NCBI GenBank assembly: GCA_028023455.1 | Contig: JAQFVV010000007.1 | Coordinates: 5,704,001-5,768,000, forward strand | DNA: 64,000 nucleotides | Direction of reading: 5' to 3' | DNA from: Epiperipatus broadwayi | Lineage: Eukaryota; Animalia; Onychophora | Shown here: piece by piece, positions 39,441 to 54,000 of the stretch | How the letters are laid out: each line of letters starts with the position of its first letter | Numbering within the stretch: position 1 is the stretch's first letter | Notes under the pieces: model-generated | The model's input: the letters and a program-made list of their open reading frames with translations, nothing else | What the model was told of the DNA's origin: nothing | Databases searched by the model: none | Made by a program: the position numbers and the translations under genes

Positions 39441-42249
39441 TATGCATTGGAAGATAAAACACTATTAATTTATGGATGTATTAAATATCTACAATATCAA
39501 AAGAAGTATTTCTGAAAATTAATAATTATATCAATGTATTGATATGCAATATGTCTATTGTGCTTAAACAGTCCTATATAATTTGTAAAGGCTTAGCACA
39601 AACTTTATAAAAGTTATTTGGATAGCTTCTAACAAAGATTGATGCTGTGTCTACTATTATTATAAATAAGAGAAGACATCAACTTGACATTAAATCTTCT
39701 ATAGGAAATGTAAAAATTGTTTGCATTTTGATAAACTTTTTTGAAATTGTATTATTGTTACTAACAAGAGGAGGTGATCAAATATAGTAATCATCATGGA
39801 CAGAAAGTAAATAAACTGATGAATGATAATAATTAATTATATGATACAGATGGAATTTCTCTAAACGATAAACTACATTTTGTTCTTTTGGATATTTTAC
39901 GTTTAATTACATAACTTATGAATCTTTGTAAAATAGCTGGACACATCCATACTTTTTTAATCCTACTTATTGTCATAAATTTTACTTCCATTTTGATCTT
40001 TTTATTGAATTATAATATAAAAATATTAATCTAAAGACTATGAGAAACTAATCTTAGTCAAAAAATAATTTTTATTTCATATTTGAGAACAGGTAACAAC
40101 TTAGGTTGGATAATTTTGCTGAATAACTTAAAGTAACATCTTAGAATGGTTTTGTCATAACCAAGCAATGCAATAAATTTTATGAAAACATTTAAAAATA
40201 ACAAAACTATAATCAAAAAAATGTGTTGTTTTTATTTTTTTTTTTTTTTTTGTCAAAAGAGATGAAAATTAACAAAACGTAATATACTTCTACTCACATT
40301 GTTATTCTAGCTAAGAATAAGCTTATCTTTTACGAGCATTAAAGTATTACATTATACTTCTCTTAGAATGAAAAAAATCTAAAATAAATTTCCAATTGTT
40401 TAAATATAAAGGTATGGCTATTCAGAAATGTGATTCTATTTCTTCCATAACTATTTTTGTAAGTTCTTCAAATTATAAAATCATTTGAAAGCTACACTAC
40501 TAACTTCAATAATTAAATTTATTTAAAATTCTTGTTAATGACATATTCCTAATTAAAACTTATTTCTATCAAAGAAAATTGTCACTTATTAGTAAAAAAT
40601 TAAATTAATAAAGTATTTTCTTGCAGAGAGTATTATTATTTTAACATTTATTATTGAACTACAATTGAAAATATGATTATTTAAATTTACTCTCTTGTTA
40701 TTTTAACAGTAAATTATATTGTAGACAAAAGACAATTTGAAATGTTTATATATTTTCATTTTTGCTGTTGTTTTTGTTAATAAATAACAGCTCACCTCAT
40801 GTATTGGTAAACACAAATGTTTGTATATTATATTACAACAATCAATAATCTCAACCTGTAGTCAAGGCAGCCTTCTTCAACAAATAAAGATGATACCATC
40901 TTTATCTATGATTGTTATCATTTATCTTTATGAACATCTAAAAGCCTTGAGCCAATTGGCTTTATTGTTTTAATAAGTATATTATATATAATTTCTGATA
41001 TTTTTATTATATTATATAATTGGTGATATTTTTATTATATTATATTTTATGGATTTCTTACATTTAATTAACTTGTTGGTTTATCAGTGAGAAAATTGAG
41101 ATTTTATAATAATATTGTAGAAGAATGTATTTTCTGTGATGTGTAATGTCTGTATGTATAAAATATTTTGTGAATAAAAATCATATGTGTTTTGTAAATA
41201 CATACAGATTATTTCAATATTAAAATTATTTCCCTTTAAAACTTCTCTAGAAAATCTACAATGGTATTATTATTATTATAAATTAAAGTGAATAAAATGT
41301 GTATGCAAATATAAACATGTTGACAGGAAGATTTTCACAGGTTGCATATATAAAAGACATATTTTGTGAGTTTATTCTCATGTTAAAAAATTTAATATAA
41401 ATATACTGACATTTCCACTTGGTCACACAAATCATCTACTGGGTAATAAAAGGTAGAAAGACAGTTGTAGGGGTGTTCCAGTCACTGATTTGAAAAAAAA
41501 CCGTAAAGTTCCACCAATAGCAAAAATGTTAAATTTAAAATGTTTTTTTAAAAAAATCTTTCCAAATAGGAGAAAGTTTGCATGTATCATCTCGCTTATT
41601 GATACCATCTGGCTTTTTAAGTATCTCAATGGCTTCTCTGATTTTTTTAAATATATAAACATTTATATATAAATTAGAGTTGAAATTAATAAACTCCCAT
41701 GCAGTCAAATGTGGCCAGTGCTGATTGTCAGATAGAAATATTTATTGCTTAAGAATAAATAATTGAAATTTAATTGTGACTGCAGTGAGAAATAGTAGCA
41801 GAATTACACTTAAGAAAATTATAAAATGTGTGTGTGTGTGTGTGTGGTGCAAACACTCAAATGGAACTTTAAAGAGTTTTGTCTGTATATGGAAATAGTT
41901 GTTGTCCAAAAAACATTTAAATTGCTAGATGGTTACTACTAAAAAAACTATACGCATTGGTTATTAATATATATGCATGTATTTCATTAAAGAGATTTTT
42001 GAATTGGAGACAGACATGTAAATTACTTTACTCCTTATGTGTAAAATGTTTATTTCACTGAAGGATAAATTATAGAGACTATTTCAATTAACAACCTATC
42101 AAATTATTGAATTTTGAGATTATTGTTTTTATTGTTAATAAATATTTGTTATATAATTCCTGTTTATATTTGCTACTTATTTTATCACTGCCTGGTTGGT
42201 ATTTAGTTATCCTTAAGACATAGTAGAATGATGCAAATCGAAAGCTGTA

Positions 42250-43770
42250 AAGAATTTGGAAAGAAGCAACAGTAGAATGGACATATGAATAGAGAATGGC
42301 AATATTGAGTAGTACTATTTATGATTTTGACATTAATAATGTTGCTTTATAAAAGAATTATATCAAACATGTAGAATATTACATAAACAAGATAGATGAT
42401 GGGCATCTGAAAGTACCTATGCTTCTATTTTTCATAGGTCAGGATGCCATACAGCTAGTGAATAGACTAACTGAACCTAAAAGCTGGAAAAACTTCCATA
42501 TAAAAATTTTATTGGGAATATCAAAATGTATAGTATGGTTAATGTTGTGAAATAGAAAGCAACAATTTTATAAGAAATATGTTAACTATGACTTAGTATT
42601 AAGAAATTTAGCTAAGGACCATGAGTTTGACCCTCAAATTAATGACATGTTATCAGGGTAATTTTTCTATGGCATGATGGATGAGAATTTTAGCAAAGTG
42701 TTGTTGATTAATATAACCTAAATAACAAAATGGGCCATGAATAAATGTGTCACACAAGAAACTATGCTGAATAATGCATTGAAATATGCATTGTCACAAT
42801 AGTTAGAGAAAATCTCTCTTACAGTGCAAAAAACTAGAAATAATACTCCAGATCCCAATAGAGAGAAAAAATATAAAATGTGTTATTGTTGTGGTAAACT
42901 TGGACATTTGTGAAATAACTGCAAACATAAAAGTAAAACATAGAAGTTGTGCAAAAAATAACATTTAGTATCTGTCTGCTGTTTTAATGAGTGCAGAGTG
43001 GTTAATAAAAAATGTTGGACTACAAATCTACAAGAGGGATAGTTAATAAGAATGTAAATGGAAAAAAGTTTAATTATAATAAAACTGATCATGCATTATT
43101 GAATATGAATATTTGTGGCCAAACAGTAATGACACAAGTGGACAATAGAATGGCTTGTTGTTAATATCTAATAGAGATTAGATAAAAATCAAGAAAAAAT
43201 ATAATTAGAGGTCTATACTTAAAAATACAGACATGGTTGCTATAAATATTAATGGAAGTAAAATAGATATATTTGTGGAAGTTTCTGTATTAATAAAATT
43301 GAATTTGAGAGTAAAATTCATCACATTATATATAATAAATAAAATTTACTCCATTGCTGGAAAGAAACTCAATTTAACCTTTAAAAACATAAATAGTACA
43401 TGGACAGTTGATAAAGGATGCACAACCTATTATTTGTAAACCTCACAAAGTGCCATTCACATTGAGAAAAAAAATAGAGAAAATGTTCAATGAGATAGTT
43501 TCTAAAGGAATGTTAGCATCAACAAAAGATTCATCTTGGGCCATACTAGTGATAACAATAATGAGGTCAGATAAAACCTTGAATTATGTGGTGATTATTG
43601 AGTCATATAGAACAAACATGTTAATAAAGGTTTATGCCTTGCTCCCAGAGTACATGCAGTGTTAGTAGCATTTCAAATATCTACTTATTTCACAAAGATA
43701 GACCTAAATGTGGCATTCCATCTGATTCCAATAACTGAAAAACATCAGAAATGTTGACACTGGCTAACAA
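42250..43770 (+). mobile_element. Decayed Ty3/Gypsy gag-pol remnant
   Basis: CCHC knuckle CYCCGKLGHL*NNC (42881-42922); protease-region INGSKIDIFVE; RT start PIICKPHKVPFTLRKKIE...SSWA; YFTKIDLNVAFHLIP near 43685. Confidence 0.8.
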
Positions 43771-45270
43771 TCAAAAATTGTAAAGTAAAATTTATAAGAT
43801 AAGAAATGGAGAATAAAAGAAGCATAGAACAGGTATTAAAATAAGACTGAGAAGAGAATAAAAGAAGTATAAAACAGATGTTAAAACAAAGTAAAGAAGA
43901 GATATTCAAGAAAATTGATGAAGGCATCAGTGAACAGAATATGAAAGTGAAGCATGATAAGGAAAAGCAGGGTAAAAATGGAGAATATTATATAATCATG
44001 TCAAAGACTAAAGTTGGAAGAAGAAGAAAGACTAGACAAAACAGAAAAGAAGATGGAAGAAAGTATAAATAAGAAGATCAAGAAAATGCCAATAAAAGAT
44101 TGAGGAAAAGGTTCCACAACAATAAGAAAAGAAATTAATAAAAGTTATCAGAGAAATAAAAATAATAGTTATTGAAAATATCTAAGGAAATAAAGAGTTA
44201 ATAAAGAGGATTGGAAGTGTAAAATTGAAAGAAGTAGAAAAGGGAGATATAAAGAAGAATGTTGGGAAAATATTCAAAAAGTAATAATAAAAACCAAATA
44301 GCAAATGCACAAATTTAAATTAAAAAACAAACCTTGACAAATGATGAAAGTGAACAAGATCAGTTTTTAAAAGAATATGAGTTCCCCAATAAAGAGATAT
44401 CAAATCAAATTAAGTGTTTGAAAAAAAAACAGAAGAAAATTAAAAGGAAGCTGTCAAAATAATATATATCAAGAAAGAAATTGAGGTAACAGTAGGAATA
44501 TTTATAAGAAACAAAAAAAAAAGGCACGGAATATTGGTGTCAAGAAAAAAGAAGCTGGAATTTAAAAAAATAAATTGTATGAACAAAACAAAAAATAAGA
44601 AGATCATGTGAAAATAAGCATAAACAGTTTTTTAAGACTAAAATATCTAAGGAATATGCAATTAAAAAATCCAATTGAGCATCTAGATAGAGAATTGTTT
44701 TTTATTCAGTAAATTATAAAAAAAATAAAATAATAACTTTAGCTTAAATCATTTCTAAAAGACATCAAATGAGTAATAAAAATTATTTATTCAAAAATCA
44801 GACGTACGAAAAACCAATATTAAATAATAATAAAAAAATTCAATAAGGTATATACTTCAAGCATGAGTATTATAAAAGATATGTTAAAAAGAATTTGGGG
44901 AAGAAAGGAAAAGGATATAAAAGACAAAGGTTTTATTAATGATCTGAAGAATAGGAATATCTATAAACATACAAGAAAAGACACCAAAGAATAGAATAGA
45001 AAGGCTCGGAAATGGTTTTTTAGTCTGTAGTGTAATATATACATACTTAATATTTTATAAACAAAAAACTGTGGAATTCTACAATATATCAATATGCAAT
45101 AATAAATAATAACTATAGCCAGCTTATGGCATGTGCACTAACTATTCTGATTTAGCATTTAACAATTAAAATTTCTATATATTGGTATATTGAATATTAT
45201 AGAGTATTTTTTACTTAATATTATATATATATAAAACCATTAGAAACCAGATAACACTTAGACAATCCCA

Positions 45271-45302
<32 letters not shown>

Positions 45303-45345
45303 AAAATACAAGCATAATTCATATACTTGGAGTGTAAATGTAAAA

Positions 45346-46159
45346 TAGGGAATTTGAACCCAGACTTTCAAGCTCTCTTCAGCTATCTACTCTATCTCAT
45401 ACAACCAATACACATGTGAAAAAGAGAAATTATCTCTATATATATATTTCATGCTGAACCAGATTATTATCTCCCACACATATATGTAATCAGTGTCCAG
45501 TTTATATTAAGATTGAACAAATCATCAAACTTTAATGAACGGACGTCAATCTATTTCATTCTCCAATTCTTCAGTCATCCATACCATTGAAAATCCGATG
45601 ATGGTTCACCCAAAACCTCATTAGTGTCAATATTATTGCCATGCCCATGTAGCATTAAGTCACTCTAATCCCTCGTGTATAGAATCTTGTCCATTCAAAT
45701 ATATTTAAACTCCAAGTTTATGAATTTATGCTTATATTTCAAAAATATTACATATTCAGCTTGTATCCTGCCCATCCCTCTTCTGTGTATTTGAATGGAC
45801 AAAGTCCTATATATGAAGGGTCAGAGTGACAAGGTTAACATGGACATGGCAATAATATTAGCATTAACAAGGGATTTTGGTGTACCATCATCAGATTTTC
45901 AATGATATGAAGGGTGAAGTAAATTGGAACCTGTTTATTAAAGTTTGATAATTTGCTCAATCTTAATATAAACTGAGCAGTGATTACATATGTGTGGAAG
46001 ATGATTATCTGGACCAACTGATATGTGGTGATTTAGCATGAAATATGTATTTTGGAGAGCATTTATCTTTTACACATTTGTGTGATCATGTGTATTGGTT
46101 ATATGAGATAGAGTAAATAAATAGCTGAAAAAACTTGAAAGTCTGCGTTCAAATCCCTT
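45346..46159. repeat. Diverged fold-back element (~360 bp arms, ~80 bp spacer)
   Basis: agggaatttgaacccagactttcaag versus cttgaaagtctgcgttcaaatccct at the ends; cttgtccattcaaata versus tatttgaatggacaaag at the centre. Confidence 0.85.
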
Positions 46160-46199
46160 ATATATATATATATTATAAATTTTATTAAACGCACATTAT

Positions 46200-46689
46200 T
46201 ATATTAAGTAATATTTACTAAGGCTGTAACCTTAGGAATAAGCGTCTGAAAAATTCGAAGGTAAGGACCTCTACAGATCTTAAACACAAGCTTACGCTAT
46301 GAAGAAAAGAGGGAATCCTTCTTTACTTCAACCTACTTTTATATATGAATAGGTGAAGCTGAAATGGTTAGATCTAAGAATGTGAAGCTATTCAATCTTC
46401 ACTAATTAAGTCCACAATTCTTATAATACATTAATACTCGTGAAATCTTACAATTTACTGTATTATAAGAATTGTGGACTTAATTAGTGAAGATTGAATA
46501 GCTTCACACTCTTAGATCTAACCACTTCAGCTTCACCTATTCATATATAAAAGTAGGTTGAAGTAAAGAAGGATTTCCTCTTTTCTTCATAGAGTAAGCT
46601 TGTGTTTAAGATCTGTAGAGGTCCTTACCTTTGAATTTTTCAGACGCTTATTCCTAAGGTTACAGCCTTAGTAAATATTACTTAATATA
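46200..46689. repeat. Near-perfect palindrome: 231-bp arms, 28-bp loop
   Basis: 46200-46430 is the reverse complement of 46459-46689, with 5 mismatches counted by eye (~98%). Confidence 0.97.
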
Positions 46690-47585
46690 TATATTACAAT
46701 TTTGTGTATAATATGTTCTTTCTTATAGTTATGTTTTATTTTGATCATAAAAAGATATTTCGCATTCACAAAAACAAGTTTTTTTAAGTGTTTGTTTTTT
46801 TTTAAATTATTTTTGAAAAAAAGTTAAATGATTTTGTTTCAGAAGACAATTTTTGGAGAAATATATCAAAATAAAATGCTAAAATTACTGTGTTTACCAA
46901 TAATTGGCATCATAATAGTTAATGGAAATATACTAATTGCTTTTTTATTTCATTGTATACATCAAAAATTTAACTAAATTATCTAATTCACTTCCTCTTT
47001 CAATCTTATATAGTCAAAAATTTTCAATTTATCTATAATCTCATTATTTCCATTATTTCTACTTTTTTAAATTCTCATTCATGATTTTTAACTATTTTTT
47101 TAGAACCCCCTCCCCATTTATCCTATCTCTCATTTTTTCTCCATTGTACAAAGATTCAGTTCTATTGGCTTTACCAGATAATCATTTATTTCTATCTTTT
47201 TATTATATCTATTTTTTAATAACTGTCTAAATTTGTTTTATTTATTAACTATTTAATTTCTATTAATTAGTTTTTTGACAAACTTTTTTATTCTCCATAT
47301 ATTAAATGAAATTACTTTGTTATTTTATTATACTTTATAATTCTATTATATTAAATGCTTTAAATAAATTCTTGATATACATAATTTTACTAATAATAAT
47401 TGATTGCTGAAAACCTTTCTAACTAAGGGAAAGGTTTATTCTATCTCTTTATTTATTAACAGTATCTGATTGCGCTTTTGGCTAGAGAAATCTGACAGAT
47501 TAGAAAAAGAATAACAACTTCGAGTATTTCTTCAAGAAGTATAATAACTACTCTTACTTATTGCATTGCCAAATGTATACCATAT

Positions 47586-47814
47586 AATACTAAATTGTCC
47601 ATGCATTTTACTACTGTTACACAATGCTTTACTTACCACCCTTTTTTACAGTTTACAGTTTCAATTGCCCCAGCAATCTTCTTGAGAACTTTATATCTCT
47701 TAGTGATATAAAGTTCTGAAGAAGATTGTTAGGGCAATAGAAACTAAACTGTAAAAAAAGGTGGTAAATAAAGCATTATGTAACAGTAGTAAAGTGCATG
47801 GACAATTTAGTATT
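47586..47814. repeat. Fold-back hairpin (~110 bp arms, 7-nt loop)
   Basis: aatactaaattgtccatgca...gaactttatatc | gatataaagttc...tgcatggacaatttagtatt. Confidence 0.9.
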
Positions 47815-47938
47815 ATTAACTTTGAGTATTTATAGTAAGTTAATATATTTAGAAAAGATATGTAAAATCTGGGATTATATATAATTTTCTTTTTGAATAA
47901 TTTTAAAAACATCCTTAAAACAAATTATTTCTTTTTAG

Positions 47939-48022
47939 ACATATTGGAACAATCTGTTGGACCTGAAGATAATAATGCTACAACAAAAGCAAAACATTTG
48001 TATTTATCTTGCATTAATGAAG
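47939..48022 (+). CDS. Nep1: Neprilysin-like exon with the KAK.LY.SC.NE motif
   Basis: Acceptor tttctttttag, donor G|gtaagc. Translates (D)ILEQSVGPEDNNATTKAKHLYLSCINE, phase-compatible with the previous exon. Confidence 0.92.
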
Positions 48023-51000
48023 GTAAGCAAATATATTTAAGAATTGTTTGTAAATATGATATTGTCTCTCTAAATATTTAACAATTTTTTATTATAAATG
48101 ACTACCCTTCACTAATGATAGCCAATTAGCTTGAAATCAGCTGATCTGAAGGTGGAGACAATGAAAGAGATATTGAATTCTATCTCTCTCAGCATTTATG
48201 TAAATAAAGCTTGTAAGGAGCTATTGGTAAAGCTCCATCTAGTGATCATAAAATGCAAGCTATAGCAGGTTACGAAATTTATAACTTGTTTTGTTTATCA
48301 TATATATATATATATAAGTACTTCTTACCTTGTAAATTTTTTTCAGACTACTAATGAGTAAAACAAATTCGTGAATTAAAGATTACAAATTTACTACTAA
48401 TTAAAGAAAGTGAAAAAAAAAATATCAGTTTGATTAAGTGAAACTGTTAGTAGATTAAATATTGTTTAAGCACCTAAGTAAAATACCATATGATTAAATT
48501 TAAGAATACATTTTATTTCATTTGCTTAATTTGTACTTCTAAAAATTTATCAAATTTTACATTTTAATAATAGATAACCAATGTTTTCAACATTTATTTC
48601 ATATAGTTTATATATCTGCCTCCAAAGTTATTGCATTTGTGAGTAAAATTGTTACTAATACCTTTATTTCAGTTTAAAAAATTAGATCACTTTTTTTTCT
48701 ATTATCATTAAATGTTTCACTTCTGATAAACTGCTTATTTCCATACATATTCAAACAATTCTTGTTTTTCATATCTGTTTTTTATCTCTCTAATTCATTT
48801 TATTAATGTTGATGATACTCTTCTCTCTCAATCTTTCCTATAAACTATCACAAAATTATTATCCAATTTTTTAGCATATTGTATTAGGTCAACATTAATA
48901 TCCATCTTGCAGCTTGTCCTTTTCTTAAAAACCAAATAAAAACTATTTTAGCTATTCTATTATTACGTATAAACTGCAATGCAAATAATCACCCAATATC
49001 CCATTGAAATGCTTCATTTGCCATCCATGTATCCTTCAGATGAATTAATGTCATTATATGGAATATATATTTTACACTATTTCTAAATATTATACTTTGC
49101 ATCAAACTCTCTTTTATACAGTTCTCACTATATCATATCATATGAAAATTTGAATTTTTTTCATTATGTATTTTTTTATGTCATTTGTCTATTTTATTTC
49201 TAAATCATTCAAATAATCTTCTTGGCTGCTTAAAAAGATTCTCAAATAATTATCTATATCTTTTATATTTATTTTCTTTAAAAATCAATTCTTTCTCTTC
49301 TTTTTTCCTTTTATGATACCGGGTATTATTTTTGACATTTCTTCACCAAACTCAATCCCCATTTTCATGCTTGCTTTATACAAATGGATGTCTTATTTTT
49401 TTGTACACCAAAACATCATCAGTGAAAGAATGATATAGAAAAACAAATCTCTTATTGACCATTAATGGAATATCTTTGGTCTTTCTGATATTCCTATTGC
49501 TATTCCCATACTTTTTAAATAGAGTAAATTACTATTCATGAGAAACAATTTTGCCATAGTTGTTGTCTTCAGAAAATTAGTATTGTAAATAGTAGAATTA
49601 AACAACAGAAAAAAAATTTAAGGAGGTTGCTGATTCTGATAATGTATTAAATTGGATGTCTAATAGGCCTTAGTTAAAGCTGAACATCATCTACTTCCAT
49701 ATACCCAACTCACTAGAAAAATGTAAAGAATAAAAAATCCCTGAAGTAATCTGCCACAAGCCTTGTTTCCAACCATGAAAATTACTGTCCCTAACTTTAT
49801 ATATTTAGCCAGACTTGAAAAATTATTAAAAAAAGTTGATAAACTCATTATGTGTTAGCCTGACTTGGAAAATTATTAGAAAGAAAAAAAATGGATAAAT
49901 TCTTTCTGTATGTTAGCTTGAAAATATTATAGTGCAAAATGGAGAAACTTTGACTGTTTATATTAGCCTGGAATGAAGAAGCCTTCAAGAAGAAAATCTA
50001 TATGGAAAAACTGTAAATTACAACTTCAAATAAGGACTCCAAAGAAAATTAAAACCATGGTTAAAGATATTTGTACACATTATATTTAAATTTATAAAGG
50101 AGTTTTTAAATTAAGTAATAATTGATAATAATTTATTTGATTAGTTTTTTTTTCAATTGAAATATGTTTATTTATTTTTTTTTTTTTTCAAAAATTAGAC
50201 AGATTTTAGATGATTTAAAATTCTATCTTTGCTAGGTAAATTTTTCTTTCATAAATAATACTTAGTCATAATGAATATTTTTTTAAGATAACATTTTCTT
50301 TTAAAATCATATTTTTTATTATTATTTTCCCTTCAAAATTATAAAAAAGCTTTGGTAGTTAATTTAATTTTTATTAAATTATATTTAACTTTTTTTTTAA
50401 ACATTTTTTGCATTCAATTTATTTTTCCTCAAAAATTATACAAAGGATAACTGATTCCAAATTTTCTTATCTCTAATTGTTAAAAATGTTGTTTCCAATT
50501 TTTTTTATTTAAAATGAAATAACTTAAGGAAAACAAAAGTGAATTAATTTAAGGAATAAAATCAGCTGGTTAGTCTTTTTTTAAAATATGAAATTATATT
50601 TTTTGAACAGAATGTATAAATTTAAATTATATTATATTATTTTTTTAAATTATTAATCAGTTTGTTTATTAAATAATTGTTTAAAAATGTTCTAGTGTTA
50701 AAGTCTTTATTTTTCCAGCTATCTGTTCTATGACTGGGTAATGTTTGTGATTTGATTTCACTCCAGCTTAGTATGTTAGGAATTTTCAAATTATACCAGC
50801 AAAATTATTTAAATACAGGACAACAAGCTGTTCTATTCATCTTTCTCTTGTTCACAGTTACAGTTCATAGTCTTATGATCTTGATCTAGCTTTTGAGAGC
50901 ATAATAATGGTCAGTTATGTAGATGTGGGGATTTATGTTGGTATTTGGACATCCAGATAATTCTCTGGATGATGCAAAGATAGTCTCTTTAAAGTCCATT

Positions 51001-54000
51001 CACTATATTTTGCTTGTTTTATTAGAAATTAAGTATATAATTGGAAGTTACACTGATGGTACTATATGGCTAGAACATTGATGGTAATCAGCATGTTTCA
51101 GTATCCCAGAATTATTTTTTATTTATTATGAGTGATGGATTATTACTTAATATAATTCCAAATAGTTGTTTGCATATAATGTTCTAGATAATTAAAACTG
51201 TTTATAACTTATTTCTTTTTCAATCTAGTCACAAGGAAGATGGTTGACTGTCAATTGTTGATGATTTTTTTAATACATGTAATGCTAAGATAGTTTGTTA
51301 TAACTTGTAGTTTATAACTTATTAATAGTAAAACTGATATTTTTATTCCAATGTTGAATCTCATCCTCATTTTTATATTTGTGGTATATGGTCATCATGA
51401 TGATCTCCCTTCTCTCCATATTTATCCCTTTTACTTCCTTCCATTCATCATATATTAAAATATTTTATTGTTGTAGCAGTTCTTAATTATTATATGCATA
51501 AATATCAAATGATAATGTTGAAATCTCCCCATTCCATCATGAAATAAACAATATTTAAAAACTGCTTTTAAATATGACTGCTAAAATGAATATGCCTTCA
51601 AAGTATATATATGGGGCACAGTCCCACACTATACTCTTCGTTTAATATTTTGTTTTTGCCATCACAATATTAATTCCTCCATGTAAATTTGGCTGTGTGC
51701 TCATACCTGATTTGTATTTTAAGTTTTATTTTTACTTTGCTTCAATTCAAAATCAAAATTCAATTCAATTCAAAATCTATAATATATTGATAGACACTTC
51801 TATTTTTAACTATTATATGGATGATGATTTTCTGACTTATTCCTTTGTATATCTATATGTTTAATTAAAATAAATGAATAACAATAATATATAAATAACT
51901 AATTATTACTGAAAAAATGTTCAATATGTACATCATGATAAAAAGTTAGAAAATTTTATATAAAATTTCATTCATCTAATATTTCAAAATTAAAAATTAG
52001 ATATCTAGTAAAACAATAATAATGATATTTGCTTGCAGTCATTAACAAGATGTATCTTAAAATTACTTATATATATATTATTAATTAATGTTGATGCATC
52101 AGCAAAGATAATAAATTTTGAACAACATTGTTATATAAAAATCGAAGTCATGAATTTAGAGACCATATATCACAATAATATTGATTTTTTCCTAGGCATA
52201 AAAATTAATAAACACCAAATGCAAATCTGTAGTTTTAATAATTACATTTCAAAAAATTAAGTTTTTTTAAATACTACAAATATTAGAAATATATTTTAGA
52301 ATTACTATTCTTTTCATCTATTAATCTGTCATTAAAGTAATAAAATTGAAAAGTTTGCCTTGCTCGTTATTATGAATAATGATTATCATTTAGATTAATC
52401 TTTTCTAAACTGAAAAGTACTTTTGAATATTATTAAATCATAAATTGTTCGTTATAAATATTTTTTAGTTTTTAAAATATTAAATTAATTGTAGATTATA
52501 ATATTTACCTAGGTAATATTCTCATTCCAATTATATTATGTGTTTTATTCACAAATTAAATTTATTTATAATTTTTCTAACATGTTACTGCTTTTGAAAG
52601 TTGTGAACAACATTGACTTGTGTTCAAAACCTTACTGGTTTTTTTTTTTAGTTTCATTTGCCACAACATAAATGTATTGATTACAATTTAAAATCCCATG
52701 TCCTCATTGATAAGAAAAAACCCAAAAGGTTTCAGGATGAAGATTAAATAGCACTACCATCTAATAAACTACTGATTACACAAACTGTGCTAAGATTAGT
52801 AGAGAAAGAAGGCTACGTTTGTCTACATTGTGATAAACTGGAAAGTTAAATAATATTGTGTTGTATTTAAAAATAATACTTGCAAAAACACAAATGTGAA
52901 TTTTTTGCACCCCCCCCCCAATTTAATTGAAATATTTTACCTTAAAATATTATCAAATATATATAGTATAGCATTTATATGTTTATAATTTATTTGAAAT
53001 ATATTTTGGAAAACAAATATATATACATTTTATTACGAAGTTAACAAGAAATGACATATTTTAAAAGGAGTGGTAAATTTTTTTCTATTGACCATCCCAA
53101 ATTACCAAGCAAAAGATTTTCATTCTTCAAATAGTATTACAGTAATCAATACGGTTTTCATTGTAGTTATTTTTGGAACCTAAAATAGGTTAAATTAATT
53201 ATGAAAAATCTACACTTTTTAAAATGTTAGCAATCATTAATTTCAAACATTTTTTCTGAATTCGTACATACATAGACTGTCCCTCTTCCGCCTATTCCAC
53301 TTTTTTTTTTAAATTGCTATATAGGCAAATATTTTATATGCCATTGAGACTATTAGCATTATTTACGTTTTTAATTATTATCTTTCAAATATTAAAGTCA
53401 TATTTTTTAAACAGTCTTTATAAATGTGAAAATTATATATTATAAGTTTGCTTATTATAACATTCGTTGTGTACTTAAACAACGTATCATGTACGTAAAG
53501 TAATATGTCATAAATGCATACCAGTGTATTTTTCTGTAAAATAGTACCATGTAATGTCTGTGTATACATGAAATATATATCAATATACACATTATAAATT
53601 TACATACATATATGTAGAGGAATTAAGTATTGCGAAGTGTCACGTGATCACCATTTTATATGCTTACACAGGTATGCACACATATGAAGTATGCAAAATG
53701 GGTGCATATATTCAATATCTTTATATTTAATTGTTGTAAAAGAGAATGATTAAGTGCAAAAAAGTCAAAAATATTTTAATTGCCTACTAGTCTATAAAAT
53801 GAGCTATGGATAGCAAAAGAATGTAAAAGTGTTAGTGGGGACAAGACCTGATCATGCAACCTCTAATTCCATAATAAAAATAGAGATGAGAATGATAGAA
53901 ATCCAGAGTAAGAACTAAGTTGTCTTTATCTGAAGTCATATTCAATAGTCCCAGAGACTTTTTCAACCATAGATGTGAAAGTAGGACTATGTATTTATAT

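Noticed and set aside
40975-41050. ~29-bp AT-rich tandem repeat
   Set aside because: Ordinary low-complexity minisatellite.
43780-45020. Coding gene in the K/E/R-rich ORF 43878-44072
   Set aside because: A-rich low-complexity sequence with many stops. It is probably a decayed LINE, but I could not read any diagnostic motif.
48700-51700. Further LINE remnants (GIEFGEENVK- and KSP-like fragments)
   Set aside because: Too decayed to delimit or classify by eye.
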